Shown here in pieces: positions 18,295 to 29,200 of a DNA stretch of 63,864 nt. Position 1 is the stretch's first letter; the number at the start of each line of letters is the position of its first letter. The position numbers and the translations under genes are program-made. The notes below the pieces were generated by a model, which saw nothing but the letters and a program-made list of their open reading frames with translations, did no database searches and had not been told where the DNA came from. The stretch is from an uncultured Bacteroidaceae bacterium (GTDB lineage Bacteria; Bacteroidota; Bacteroidia; Bacteroidales; GCA-2748055), in the NCBI GenBank assembly GCA_964563105.1, contig CAZLXM010000008.1:1-63864 (forward strand), read 5' to 3'.

Positions 18295-19188
18295 CTAAAA
18301 TTTATATGAAAATCCAAGTCCAAAGACTTCCTTAAACTGTAATCTCGCACCTGTACCATCAGGTGTACCATCACCATCAGTATCAATTGCAAATTTCACA
18401 TCATCATCATAAATCATCATAGTATTGATAGTGGCTGATAAATATTCATTAATTTTCATTGTAAGAAGGATTTCCAAATTAATATCAATATTCTGAGGAT
18501 TCTTCAAGTAATTAGAGAAAAAATCAGCTTTTGTTAAAAGATCAACATTAGTTACTACCGGAGTTTTGTACATCATTTTTAGGAACCCTCCTAATTCCGC
18601 ACGAAATTTTTCACCCGGTTCTACTCCAAATGCACCGGCAGCTGAAAGAGTCTCGTCACTAACTATAGTGAACTTACCAGTTACGGGGGAAGCAAAAATC
18701 TGTAGTTTATCAGAAGGTTTATATTCAACCCCTAATGAAGTAGTAATATACGCAGGCGCAAAAAGTTTTGAAATAGGAACTGAATCATTAGGATAATTAT
18801 AACCGGGAGCAAATTGGGATTTAAAATTTAACATACCACTATAAAACAGCTTACTGGTAGCCTTTCTTCCAAATTGTGAGTTATATTCCAGACGGTCATT
18901 GCTCTTTTTTGTAATATCACCCTGGCGGATCAAACCATAACCTAAATCTAAATTATTTGCCCACCTAAAATTATCTTTTTCATAATTAGCAAATAAATTC
19001 AATAATGCAACTCCGGAAAATGAATTCTCCCCTCCTGCTGCCCAATATTTTGAAAAATTAACCTGTGAAAAATTAAGTTGTGCTATTCCGCCTTTTTTCC
19101 ATAAAACAATTGTATCAGCATTCTCTGACTGGGAGTAAGTCATATTATATAATGCTAAAAGTAGAATAAAAATTAAAAATTTTTTCAT
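18295..19188 (-). CDS. DUF3078-family outer-membrane beta-barrel protein
   Basis: Signal peptide; WKKGG..LNFSQ..WAAGG, NFKSQFAPGY and C-terminal GLGFSYKF. Confidence 0.8.
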   Translation of the reverse strand: MKKFLIFILLLALYNMTYSQSENADTIVLWKKGGIAQLNFSQVNFSKYWAAGGENSFSGVALLNLFANYEKDNFRWANNLDLGYGLIRQGDITKKSNDRLEYNSQFGRKATSKLFYSGMLNFKSQFAPGYNYPNDSVPISKLFAPAYITTSLGVEYKPSDKLQIFASPVTGKFTIVSDETLSAAGAFGVEPGEKFRAELGGFLKMMYKTPVVTNVDLLTKADFFSNYLKNPQNIDINLEILLTMKINEYLSATINTMMIYDDDVKFAIDTDGDGTPDGTGARLQFKEVFGLGFSYKF

Positions 19189-19241
19189 AACAAATAACTT
19201 TATTAAACTTATTTAAATTTGTAAAATCAATTTTAACTTCT

Positions 19242-19820
19242 TTATATACAATAATCTGCCGCAATTATTTCTTTTATTCCCCGTTTGGGGACATGATGAA
19301 CCTGATTATTATCTCTCCAATAGCGAATGTCATTTCCTGTTAAGTTTTCAATTTTGACACTCTCTGCCGGTTTTCCCAGGGCAATCACATTTAAAATCTT
19401 AAATTGATTACTTAAATTAAAAATTTTGTGCAGTTCTTCTCTTTTTACCGACCCAATTATACAACCTCCAAAACCTTTTTCAACTGCAGTGAGTAAAATG
19501 TTTTGTGTAGCTATTCCATCATCGCAAAAATAATCATCTGAAAGACTGGTATCATGCAATATTATTATATAAGCAGCAGGACGCTCACCAACACCCGGCC
19601 CGGGCCAGTCTTCCAGATATCCTGCCCAGGCCAGACATGGAAATATTTTAGCATTCAATTGTGGATCATTAGAAATTATATATTTCAATACTTGCTTATT
19701 ACCGGCCGATGCAGATAATCTCGCATTATCAATCATTTCCAAAATATCATCTCTGTTCAAGGGAATATTTTCATAAAAACGCCTATAACTTCGATTTCTA
19801 TATATAAGCTGCTTTAACAT
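19242..19820 (-). CDS. Nitroreductase-family protein
   Basis: Motifs RSYRRF, ARLSASAGNKQ, LLTAVEKGFGGC and HHVPKR. Confidence 0.88.
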   Translation of the reverse strand: MLKQLIYRNRSYRRFYENIPLNRDDILEMIDNARLSASAGNKQVLKYIISNDPQLNAKIFPCLAWAGYLEDWPGPGVGERPAAYIIILHDTSLSDDYFCDDGIATQNILLTAVEKGFGGCIIGSVKREELHKIFNLSNQFKILNVIALGKPAESVKIENLTGNDIRYWRDNNQVHHVPKRGIKEIIAADYCI

Positions 19821-19837
19821 TTTTAAAATAATTTTTG

Positions 19838-19845
19838 CAAAGATA
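19838..19845 (-). promoter_or_regulatory. -7 element (TATCTTTG-C) for the nitroreductase gene
   Basis: Canonical TAnnTTTGC 17 nt upstream of the start. Confidence 0.65.
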
Positions 19846-19980
19846 TAACTATCTATTAATTAAAGAATTAATTTTTTTACAAACAAACATTTATAAATAA
19901 TACTCTTCTCAACTTCAATGAGTTATGTAAATATTACAAATTATGAACAGATTATAATTTTGGAGAATCCGCTATCTTAA

Positions 19981-21075
19981 CTAAGCTCTCAGATGTTTAT
20001 CTTTTACCCTGCTAAACTTTAAGGCTTTAAGTATCCAGTTTGGCAGAGGTTCATGTGGATTTCTTTTTTTAAGATTAATATACCAGCCTAATTTTTTGAC
20101 GATAGGGATCTTGTGTGTTTCAACAAACTCTATCAGCGTCCCATCGGCGTCTTCAATATATGCAAAATGACCTGCTGCTTCTCCCATGTCAAAACTATTT
20201 CCTTCGGGATGAACATTACTGTCAACAGTAAAAGGATAACCTTTGGCCTCACATTCTTTTCTTAGTGCATCCATTCCCTGAATATCATAGCATAAATGAA
20301 TAAATCCAAGATCACCCCAATACCTGTCGTTAAATATTTTTGATGGTTTTCTGTTTTTAACCTCAATCAGTTCTATTTCACTAGGTCCGAGAAAACGTGA
20401 AAGGAAGCCTCCCGGAGACTTGCTCAAACTTAATTGTACTCTTCGGAAAATATTTTCGCCTCCGGGAATTGATCTAAAATCATCAAAATTTCCTGTCGAA
20501 TCATATATTACATTATCATAACCTAAAATTCCGGAATATACCTCCATAGCTTTATCAATATCGGAAACACCGATAATTGCACCATAAGCTGCCCCGGTAA
20601 ACTTTTTTCTCTCAATTTTAAACCATGATCTACTATCAACAATTTGAAAAAGATTATTGTAAGGATCTTTTATAAAAAAATTATCTCTTCCTGACGGATC
20701 TTTAAATAATCCGTTAACATTAAGATTTTTCTTTTTGAAATTTTCGTATGCAGCTTTAACATCAAGACTTTTTATTTTCGCAGCAAAAATACCCAAATCA
20801 CCTGCAAGTATTTCTCCGGAAGGTGGTTTGGGCTGTCTTCCCACATATTGCCAGATTTCAAATCCCCCCCCACCCATAAGGCTCATAGTTAATACGGCAT
20901 GCCTCATACGCGGCTTTCCACCGGTATAAGGAATCATTAACTCTGCAAGGGCTGCTTCTTCAAAAATTTTAATGTCCATCCCGAATTTTTCCTTATACCA
21001 TTTCCAGGATTCTTTTACATTCTCAACTCCTATTCCAATTTGCTGAATACCACTTATTATTTTTTCTTTCAACAT
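19981..21075 (-). CDS. VOC (glyoxalase/bleomycin resistance/dioxygenase) family protein, two-domain
   Basis: Motifs GIQQIGIGV, GGFEIWQY, GFIHLCYDI and YIEDADGTLIEFVE. Confidence 0.82.
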   Translation of the reverse strand: MLKEKIISGIQQIGIGVENVKESWKWYKEKFGMDIKIFEEAALAELMIPYTGGKPRMRHAVLTMSLMGGGGFEIWQYVGRQPKPPSGEILAGDLGIFAAKIKSLDVKAAYENFKKKNLNVNGLFKDPSGRDNFFIKDPYNNLFQIVDSRSWFKIERKKFTGAAYGAIIGVSDIDKAMEVYSGILGYDNVIYDSTGNFDDFRSIPGGENIFRRVQLSLSKSPGGFLSRFLGPSEIELIEVKNRKPSKIFNDRYWGDLGFIHLCYDIQGMDALRKECEAKGYPFTVDSNVHPEGNSFDMGEAAGHFAYIEDADGTLIEFVETHKIPIVKKLGWYINLKKRNPHEPLPNWILKALKFSRVKDKHLRA

Positions 21076-21202
21076 TTTTACCTGTTTCCTCTCTAATACT
21101 ATTAATTTATTTTACCAACAAACGATAACTATAATAAATAATTTTATTAATACTGACATTTTTCAATAATTTAAAATTATTCATCCATTATAAGAGCAAT
21201 TA

Positions 21203-22009
21203 TTAAAAGGGCTTAATTTTTAGGACCAGCTTATAAAATAACCATGGAAAATATATTTTTATCCAGGCTAAAATTAATTCCTTTCCTCCAATAAAAGCTT
21301 GTCTTCTATTTTTTTTCACTGCAATTAATATTTGTTTAGCACATTTTTCAGGACTAATACCTGTTGCCTGCCCTGAATCCATTTTGCCATGAGCTAAACC
21401 ATCTTTTCCTATTGCATGAAGGGAAATATTTGTTTTGACCCTTCCAGGACAAATAATTGTTGTTCTAATGTTTTTATCCTGATATTCTGTCCACAATGAT
21501 TCATAAAACCCGTGTAAAGCGTGCTTTGATGCAGCATATGCAGAACGAAGCGGAAATCCAAATATCCCGGAAATACTACTTGTTACAATTATATGTCCTC
21601 CTCCCTGCGCAATCATACGTGGCAATATTTTTTTGCTAAGGATTACTCCGGAAAAATAATTTACTTCCATTATTTTGCGATCAATTAAAAGCGGAGTTTC
21701 CAATGCTTTGTTACGTTGTGAAATTCCTCCATTATTAAAAAGAAAATGAATTTCTTCATTACCAGCAAGAATTGAATCAGCTGCTTTCTCAACTTCTTCA
21801 GAATTTGACAGATCAAAGGGCATTGAAAGAACTGAACCTCCCATGGCCTTTATTTCACCTTCCACACGATTCAATTCTGCTATGTCGTTTGAGGATATAA
21901 TTACTCTGGCATTTAATCCGGCTAATCTTTTTGCCAAAGCTTCACCAATTCCGGAAGAAGCACCGGTTATCCAAGCTGTTTTGCCATAATAATGTTTTTT
22001 CTCAGACAT
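21203..22009 (-). CDS. Short-chain dehydrogenase/reductase (DHRS7-like)
   Basis: Motifs TGASSGIG, NNGG and catalytic YAASK. Confidence 0.9.
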   Translation of the reverse strand: MSEKKHYYGKTAWITGASSGIGEALAKRLAGLNARVIISSNDIAELNRVEGEIKAMGGSVLSMPFDLSNSEEVEKAADSILAGNEEIHFLFNNGGISQRNKALETPLLIDRKIMEVNYFSGVILSKKILPRMIAQGGGHIIVTSSISGIFGFPLRSAYAASKHALHGFYESLWTEYQDKNIRTTIICPGRVKTNISLHAIGKDGLAHGKMDSGQATGISPEKCAKQILIAVKKNRRQAFIGGKELILAWIKIYFPWLFYKLVLKIKPF

Positions 22010-23408
22010 AAATTAATTTTTTTTCGTGCATAGGTATTTTATCAAAATAATCTTTACAAATGATCCTCATAGTATCAATAATCTCTGAATGTTGTTTTAA
22101 AGCCATATTCAACAAAGGATCATTTTTTAAAATACCCTTCCTGAAAAAAAATGCTGAACGTAACTTTTTAAAATAGAATGACCAATAAAGAGCAATATAG
22201 CCGGTAAGTGGCAGGCTGAAAAAATAAAACCAGGCTATCAATGCACTTCCGGTTAAAAGCCTGACCACAAGTGATTGAGCAATGTAAAAGGCAGGAAACA
22301 TTAATAAAGAAAATACAAATTTGAAGGAACTATGAAACTGTTTGTCTTTTACTTTCCTGGTTTTTATTACAGGGATATTAAAAGGCAGAAAGTTATTGAA
22401 ATATCCATAAAGTGCAATTGGAAAAGTTATGAAAAGGGCTGTAAATATTAAAAGAAATTTAATAAAAGAGTAAGCTTGTTTTTCAATCACCCGGTTCCTC
22501 ATATTTAACAGGCTCAGATTTTTCATATAACCGGAAGTTTTTAAAGCAAGTTGTCTTAAATAATCAGGATCAGTTTCATATTTATTATTTAGTATATCTA
22601 TCATAATTTTATCTGCCCTGAATTTATCAAATAACTTTTTCCCTCTGATTCCAGCCATTTCTCTCATACGGCTATTCCAGATATGTCTTAAATCCTGAAA
22701 CATATCATATAATTCATCATTTTCAATATGGATCATGACCTTTTTCATTTCCTTAGACACTCTGTCTCTTAAAAGGTTCAATCCTTTCGCCTGATTTTCC
22801 CTGTAATCATCCATGTATTCAAGTACATCAACAGGATCACCGAATATTATTAGCAGATCTTGCTTATATTTCTGATAATGTTGATAATCCAGGCCAAAAG
22901 GCAGAATTTTAACACTTTCTTTATTACCCAAATTTTCCTGGGCCCTAAATGCAATTCTAAAGGCACCTTTAACAAAATTGCGAAGTCTCCTTTTATCACC
23001 ATGGTTACCTTCAGGCATAAGGCATATTGGTATTCTTTCTTTAAGAATATTTAATGATCTTTCAAAAATCTCTTCATTTTTTGCGAGTTCCTGAACTCCA
23101 TCACGTATTCTGTAAATAGGCAGCATCTTTAAAAAAGTCAGTATCTTTTCCTGGCTTCTTTTTTTAAAGATATCGGCGCGTGTCATAAATACAATATCGT
23201 TTTTCTTTACGGAAAAAAGAACTGCCATCGCATCCATAAGTGCATTCTGATGATTAGGGGTGATTATAAAACAAGACCCATATGGAATTTTTTCATTACC
23301 AACAATCTCAATCCTTTTATAAAAATTTCTTATGCCAAACATCACAAGAAATCTGAGAATTTTATAAAAAATATTGTATTTATGTATCTTTTCCTTATTT
23401 TCTTCCAT
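22002..23408 (-). CDS. PlsC-family acyltransferase with C-terminal TM hairpin
   Basis: Motifs PNHQNALMD (HX4D), LPIYR and PEG; overlaps both neighbouring genes. Confidence 0.87.
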   Translation of the reverse strand: MEENKEKIHKYNIFYKILRFLVMFGIRNFYKRIEIVGNEKIPYGSCFIITPNHQNALMDAMAVLFSVKKNDIVFMTRADIFKKRSQEKILTFLKMLPIYRIRDGVQELAKNEEIFERSLNILKERIPICLMPEGNHGDKRRLRNFVKGAFRIAFRAQENLGNKESVKILPFGLDYQHYQKYKQDLLIIFGDPVDVLEYMDDYRENQAKGLNLLRDRVSKEMKKVMIHIENDELYDMFQDLRHIWNSRMREMAGIRGKKLFDKFRADKIMIDILNNKYETDPDYLRQLALKTSGYMKNLSLLNMRNRVIEKQAYSFIKFLLIFTALFITFPIALYGYFNNFLPFNIPVIKTRKVKDKQFHSSFKFVFSLLMFPAFYIAQSLVVRLLTGSALIAWFYFFSLPLTGYIALYWSFYFKKLRSAFFFRKGILKNDPLLNMALKQHSEIIDTMRIICKDYFDKIPMHEKKLIYV

Positions 23409-24420
23409 GATTAAATCTTTTCAGGATATTTACAGGTCTGAAAGGACTGTCCACCGGAATTCTGAACCATATTCCGGCAAGTATAAGTCCGGATAAAATA
23501 TGCCATATACCCCACCATGCAGCAATAAATGCCATCCCGCCTATTTCCATACTCTTTTCAATACCATTTATTACAATAGTTTCGGGAAATATTTTAGGAT
23601 TAAACAATAGTACTAAACCCAGGCCGGAATTTTGTATGCCGGTTTCAATAGTAATAGCCCTGCGATCAAAGCGGGAAACCTTAAAAGCAGATGCTACAGA
23701 GTAACCGGTTATTAATGCCATGCCATTATGGATTAAAACGATTAAAAATATATAGTATATATATTTGATGAAATAAGAATAATTATTTGAAAATGCCATA
23801 ATCACAATAACCATAAAAGCCAGAATTGACAAATTTTTAATTGGTTTTACTATTTTTTCAGTTAATTTGGGAAACCAATGATTAAATGACATGCCGATTA
23901 CCAGAGGAATGCCCAGCAGAATAAAAACAGTTTTAAACATCTCCATTGCATCTATAACCAGGGGCTGAAGTAAATGTTCGGCTCTGATATTATAGGCAAG
24001 AATATATAATTTTCCCCATAAAGCAAAATTGAAAGGTGTCATTACAATTGCTGAAAGTGTTGCAATTGCAGTTAAACTCACCGATAATGCAACATTTCCT
24101 TTAGCAAGTGATGAAATGAAATTAGAAATATTTCCTCCCGGGCATGCTGCGACCAATATCATTCCCAATGCAATGGTGGGGGTAATCAAATTGCGAAATA
24201 AAATTACAAGAAGAAAAGTAATTGCAGGAAGGAAAAAAAACTGGGAGATAAACCCGACTATAGTAGATTTTGGATTAAGAGCTACTTTTTTAAAATGGAC
24301 AGGCTTAATTTCCAGAGCTACACCAAACATAATAAATGCCAGTGTTAAATTTAAAACAAATAAACTTTCCTGAGTAAAATTAAGATGGATAGCATCCAGT
24401 GCCTGCAGGGATTCTCGCAT
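23395..24420 (-). CDS. Bile acid:sodium symporter (BASS/SBF) family transporter
   Basis: Motifs IMFGVAL, ACPGGNISN and ETGIQNSGLG; multiple TM helices. Confidence 0.9.
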   Translation of the reverse strand: MRESLQALDAIHLNFTQESLFVLNLTLAFIMFGVALEIKPVHFKKVALNPKSTIVGFISQFFFLPAITFLLVILFRNLITPTIALGMILVAACPGGNISNFISSLAKGNVALSVSLTAIATLSAIVMTPFNFALWGKLYILAYNIRAEHLLQPLVIDAMEMFKTVFILLGIPLVIGMSFNHWFPKLTEKIVKPIKNLSILAFMVIVIMAFSNNYSYFIKYIYYIFLIVLIHNGMALITGYSVASAFKVSRFDRRAITIETGIQNSGLGLVLLFNPKIFPETIVINGIEKSMEIGGMAFIAAWWGIWHILSGLILAGIWFRIPVDSPFRPVNILKRFNHGRK

Positions 24421-24679
24421 TATATTATTGTTTTAGGAGAAGTATAAAATATATCATAATCATTAAATCAAAACTTTGATTCCGGGGTCAGCGGGCAGCT
24501 AAGTTAAAAAAAAATGTTATTAATATTAAAAAGCTTTTATCAGAAATGAATATTCTTTTATTTATTCAATATTCATTTTGTAATCATGAACATAAAAGCT
24601 TATCATTTGTTTAACAAATAATTAAAATAAATATAACATTTATGATTTGTCAGGAATAAAAAGGAAATGACATAAATCA

Positions 24680-24687
24680 TAAATTTG
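24680..24687 (+). promoter_or_regulatory. -7 element (TAAATTTG) for sod, overlapped by an inverted repeat (24639-24652 / 24668-24683)
   Basis: TAnnTTTG match 80 nt upstream of the ATG; arms TTTATGATTT--GTCA and TGACATAAATCATAAA. Confidence 0.5.
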
Positions 24688-24766
24688 ATGAGGGTGCCTG
24701 TATATTAAAAAATATAATTTTTTTCAGGATAACTTTAAATTTAATATGACAATTATTTAAAATATT

Positions 24767-25474
24767 ATGGACAAAAGAAAATTTATTAAAACAAGCATAA
24801 CATTAGGAACAGGCCTTATTACTGCACCGGCATTTGCAGGAGGCAATATTTTGAATAACAAAGCGGATATTTCATTACAAGGCTTCCAGCAGATTAAGCT
24901 GCCATATTCATATGACAGTCTTGAACCTCATATTGATGCCACTACAATGGAACTTCATTATTCCAGACATCATGCCGGATATACAGCAAATTTTAATAAA
25001 GCGGCTGCAGAAGAAAATATTTTGAATAAAAGTGTTGAAGACATTTTTGCAAATGTCAGTAAATTTTCAGCTTCCATAAGGAATAACGGAGGCGGATTTT
25101 ATAATCATAATCTTTTTTGGCAGTGTATCAGGCCGGGAGGAAAATCTTTATCTTCCGGTGTTTTTAAAAAGAAATTAGAGTCTGCATTTGGATCTTTTGA
25201 TTCATTTAAATCCCAATTTTCACAAAAGGCAGCTTCAGTTTTTGGCTCAGGATGGGCATGGCTTATTGAAAGAAACGGGCAACTGTTTATTACTTCAACC
25301 CCTAATCAGGATAATCCTTTAATGGATATTGCCCCTGAAAAAGGTAATCCGCTTCTGGCACTGGATGTATGGGAACATGCGTATTATCTGAAATACCAGA
25401 ACAGAAGGGCTGATTATATTGCAGCTTTCTGGAATATAGTGGATTGGAGTTTCGTGGAAAGCCGGATGAGATAG
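24767..25474 (+). CDS. sod: Fe/Mn superoxide dismutase (Mn-type signatures) with a Tat-like signal peptide
   Basis: Motifs LEPHIDA.TM..H..RHH, NNGGGFYNH, FGSGWAWL, TPNQDNP and DVWEHAYY; N-terminus MDKRKFIK followed by a hydrophobic stretch and AFA. Confidence 0.93.
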   Translation: MDKRKFIKTSITLGTGLITAPAFAGGNILNNKADISLQGFQQIKLPYSYDSLEPHIDATTMELHYSRHHAGYTANFNKAAAEENILNKSVEDIFANVSKFSASIRNNGGGFYNHNLFWQCIRPGGKSLSSGVFKKKLESAFGSFDSFKSQFSQKAASVFGSGWAWLIERNGQLFITSTPNQDNPLMDIAPEKGNPLLALDVWEHAYYLKYQNRRADYIAAFWNIVDWSFVESRMR

Positions 25475-26233
25475 TTACTATAAAAGGCTGACTTGTTTGA
25501 TTTATTGAAAATTCCTTCGGTCAATCAAATATTTATTTTCATACCCCACACCCTGGAAGTTTAACTCGTCATCCCAAATAAAAATATATTTCGGAAAGAA
25601 TGATTTTTCATATTCAAAACCATTTATGGTTAATAAAATCTCTTTAAATCTTAGAATCCCCAAAAAATTAAAAACACTTTTGTATGCCACATTAACAGTC
25701 GCATTCTACGTGAATCGTTTTCACCCCGAATACCTTAACAAATATTTAATCCAAATCTTTACACAGCCAAAGGTTAAGAATTATAATTGATACAATTAAT
25801 GAATAATTTCAAAGAACAAATTTTTGTTTTTATTACCCGTCCCTAAAAACTTTATTTTATCAAAATCCATTTCAGGTAATTGTATTTGTATTTGCTTCTT
25901 AATTAAGAAATCCGAAAAATATTCTCTTTAATATAAAATCCATTTTACTGTTCCGGTATATCAGAATAATTCACAGGACTAAAGTAACCATGAATTACTT
26001 TTTCCGTATATAAGCTAAATACAGATTAAGCAAAAAGAATATGTGACAATTTCCGGATTAGACCTTTATTGATAATAATCTGAATTGTTTCATCACTTAT
26101 TAGTTCACAAGGAATTAAATAATTAAAAAAGCATGCAGGGGAATATTCTGAAAATGAGAGATATATATTCTTAAGAAATTAAGAACGGCCTAACTTAAAA
26201 TAAGTTCTTAAGAATACTAATTATTAAAGTTTT

Positions 26234-29200
26234 ATGGATTTTTATATTAATTATCATAAAAATATACAATGCTTTATTAAAAGCATTTTCATTTTTATAT
26301 TCTTTTTATTCTTTTCAAATTTTAAAATATTCGGCCAGTGTACAGTTCTTGGAGACCCGTCCAGTGGTCAAAAGATAAGTGGATTTTGTGCTCCGGTTAC
26401 GAAACAGGTATGGTACAGATTTGATTTCTCTTCAAAGCCGCCACAGTCTTCTTACCGGGTACTCTATTTCTGGGGTGATGGCAGTCCAAATCAAAACTTT
26501 TATCCTTCAGTACAGTGGGAATCATTATTTCCCGGAGATACCACATGGTATGTTTTAACTGAACCTACACATAATTTTCCGGTAAATGGGGCATGCGATT
26601 TTACAGTAAATATGGTTTTAGTTGACGGAGGTTATCAATGTGGGGATTCCAGGCAAACACAGGAAGTAGCATCATGGCATACTGATGATATTACTTTAGC
26701 ACAAGGGCATATAAATATAGACCCTTTAGTAAAGGAAGTTTGCGAAGGCGATTCATTAATAAATTTTCCATTTATAGATGCGAGTATTTTTGCTTGTAAT
26801 GTCAGTATTCCCGGTCTTCGAAAACCAAACAACCAGCCCAGGCATGTTCAATTTGTATATAATACAAATCCTTCCAATAACATGGGAATTCCCGATTTGT
26901 ATATTGATGTCCACGGAACAAGAGTTTATTTAACAGATAGTAATGGTGATCCTGTTGCAAATTCATGGACAGTAAGTCCTTTGGATGGCTCAACTGTTCC
27001 GGCATATTCTACTAGTTCCGGATATTTTGAAGGCCCGGTAATATCTACAGGATTTGACCCTGTTGGAGGAAATCAACTTACTTTTCCAATTTCTTTTCCC
27101 GGAACAACCACTACTGCAGGAGATTATATGGAACTAACTGTAAGAAACTGGAATTTTTGTAATCCCTGGAATAATGACCAATATAATCCAAATGCCGGAG
27201 ATGCCAGGACTTCCACTGCAAGGATATTAATTATTGATTCTCCAAAAGCCCCTATTGTTAGTAGTCCCCTTACTTATTGTCATAATAACGTTCCTGACAG
27301 TGTTTCTGCCACTCGAAATAATCCCGCCAACACTTTAAACTGGTATGCTGATCCTTTAAAAACAAGCTTTCTTGCTCCAGGAAATTCTTATAAACACAAT
27401 AAAACTGCCCCCGGGATATACAAATTTTATGTAGCAGAAACCAGTGGAGTAAATAATTGTGAAGGGCCAAGTTCTGAAATTATAATGGTTATCAGAGAAC
27501 CACTCCCCCAACCCGGTGTAATCAGCGGCCCTTCAGAATTATGCTTAAATGCTACCGGCCAGACATTTTCTGTAGCAAATGATCCCACCAGCATGCCATT
27601 TGGCGGAAGTACAGAATATATCTGGAATGTTCCTGCTGGATGGACAATTACCGGCGGACAGGGGACCAAACAAATAACAGTGGATATTGGTGGTTCATCC
27701 GGCTCAAATACTATATATGTAACAAGGCGTTATACTTCTACACCTCGTTGTAACTCAAGTCCCCGGAATTTTTCCCTAACAATAAGCCCTTTAACCGTCG
27801 GAGGGGCTGTCAATGGCGGGACATCCCGATGTCAGGGCAGCAATTCGGGAACACTTACACTTTCAGGTCATACTGGTAGCATTATAAAATGGCAGGTCAG
27901 TACAAATAACGGCTCATCATGGACTGATATAAGTCATACATCAGAAACCTATACATCGCCGGCACTCGCTACTCCGGGAATATACTGGTATCGTGCTGTT
28001 GTTAAAAGCGGCTCATGTTCAGAAGCTTATAGCAACCATACTGTTGTAATTGTTGATCCGACATCTGTCGGAGGCACACTTGGCGGAGGCACATCTCCTA
28101 TTTGCCTGGTATCTTCAACCGGCGAAATGAAACTCACCGGATATACAGGAAATATTAACAGATGGGAATGGCGCCGGAATTCCGGAGGTTGGAATAATAT
28201 TTATATTTCTTCAGACACCTATACACATACACCTGCCCAGTCAGGTACATACGAATACAGAGTAAGGGTGAGAAGTGGAAGTTGCGATAATGTTTATTCA
28301 TCAATAGTAAAGATTATTGTAAATCCAACCACAGTTGGCGGTTCTGTTAGTGGCAGCAAAACCATTTGTCAGGGAAGTAACTCGGGGACTCTCACTTTAT
28401 CTGGTTATGTGGGAATTATCCTCAAGTGGCAGGTCAGTAATAACAACGGTTCTACATGGACAGATATAGCTAATATTTCTGATACTTATACCTCACCTAA
28501 TTTAAATACTCCGGGAATATACTGGTATCGGGCACAAGTGCAAAGTGGAGTATGCGAAGAAAAATATAGTAATCATGCTGTAATAACTGTAAGTCCCTCA
28601 ACAGTTGGTGGCTCTGTAAGCGGAGGTTCAACCATCTGTCAGGGTTCAACCTCAGGACTTCTGACTCTGTCCGGCCATACGGGAAATATTCTGAACTGGC
28701 AGGTTAGTAATAATAATGGAGCTTCCTGGACAAATATAGTTAATACAAATCCAACTTATACAAGCGGTTCCCTAAATACTCCCGGAACATACTGGTATCG
28801 GGCACAGGTGCAAAGCCCGGGATGTATTGTTGAAAACAGCAATCATACTGTGGTTGTAGTTAATCCCTTCTCAACAGGAGGTTCTGTAGGGGATGGCACT
28901 TCACCTATTTGTATAGGCTCTTCCACAGGCAATATGAATCTTTCAGGTTACACCGGATTGATATTACGCTGGGAAAAACGACAGGGAGGATCAGGCCCCT
29001 GGACAAATATTACACATACTGCTTCATCTTATTCTGAAGTGCCATCTTCCGCAGGAATATGGCAATACAGGGCATTGGTTAAAAGTGGTAACTGTCCGGA
29101 AGAATATTCATCTGCCCGGACAATTATTGTGAACCCTGCAACTGTAGGCGGAGTTGTTTCAGGGGGAAACACTCCCTTATGTTATGGGGTCAGCACCGGA

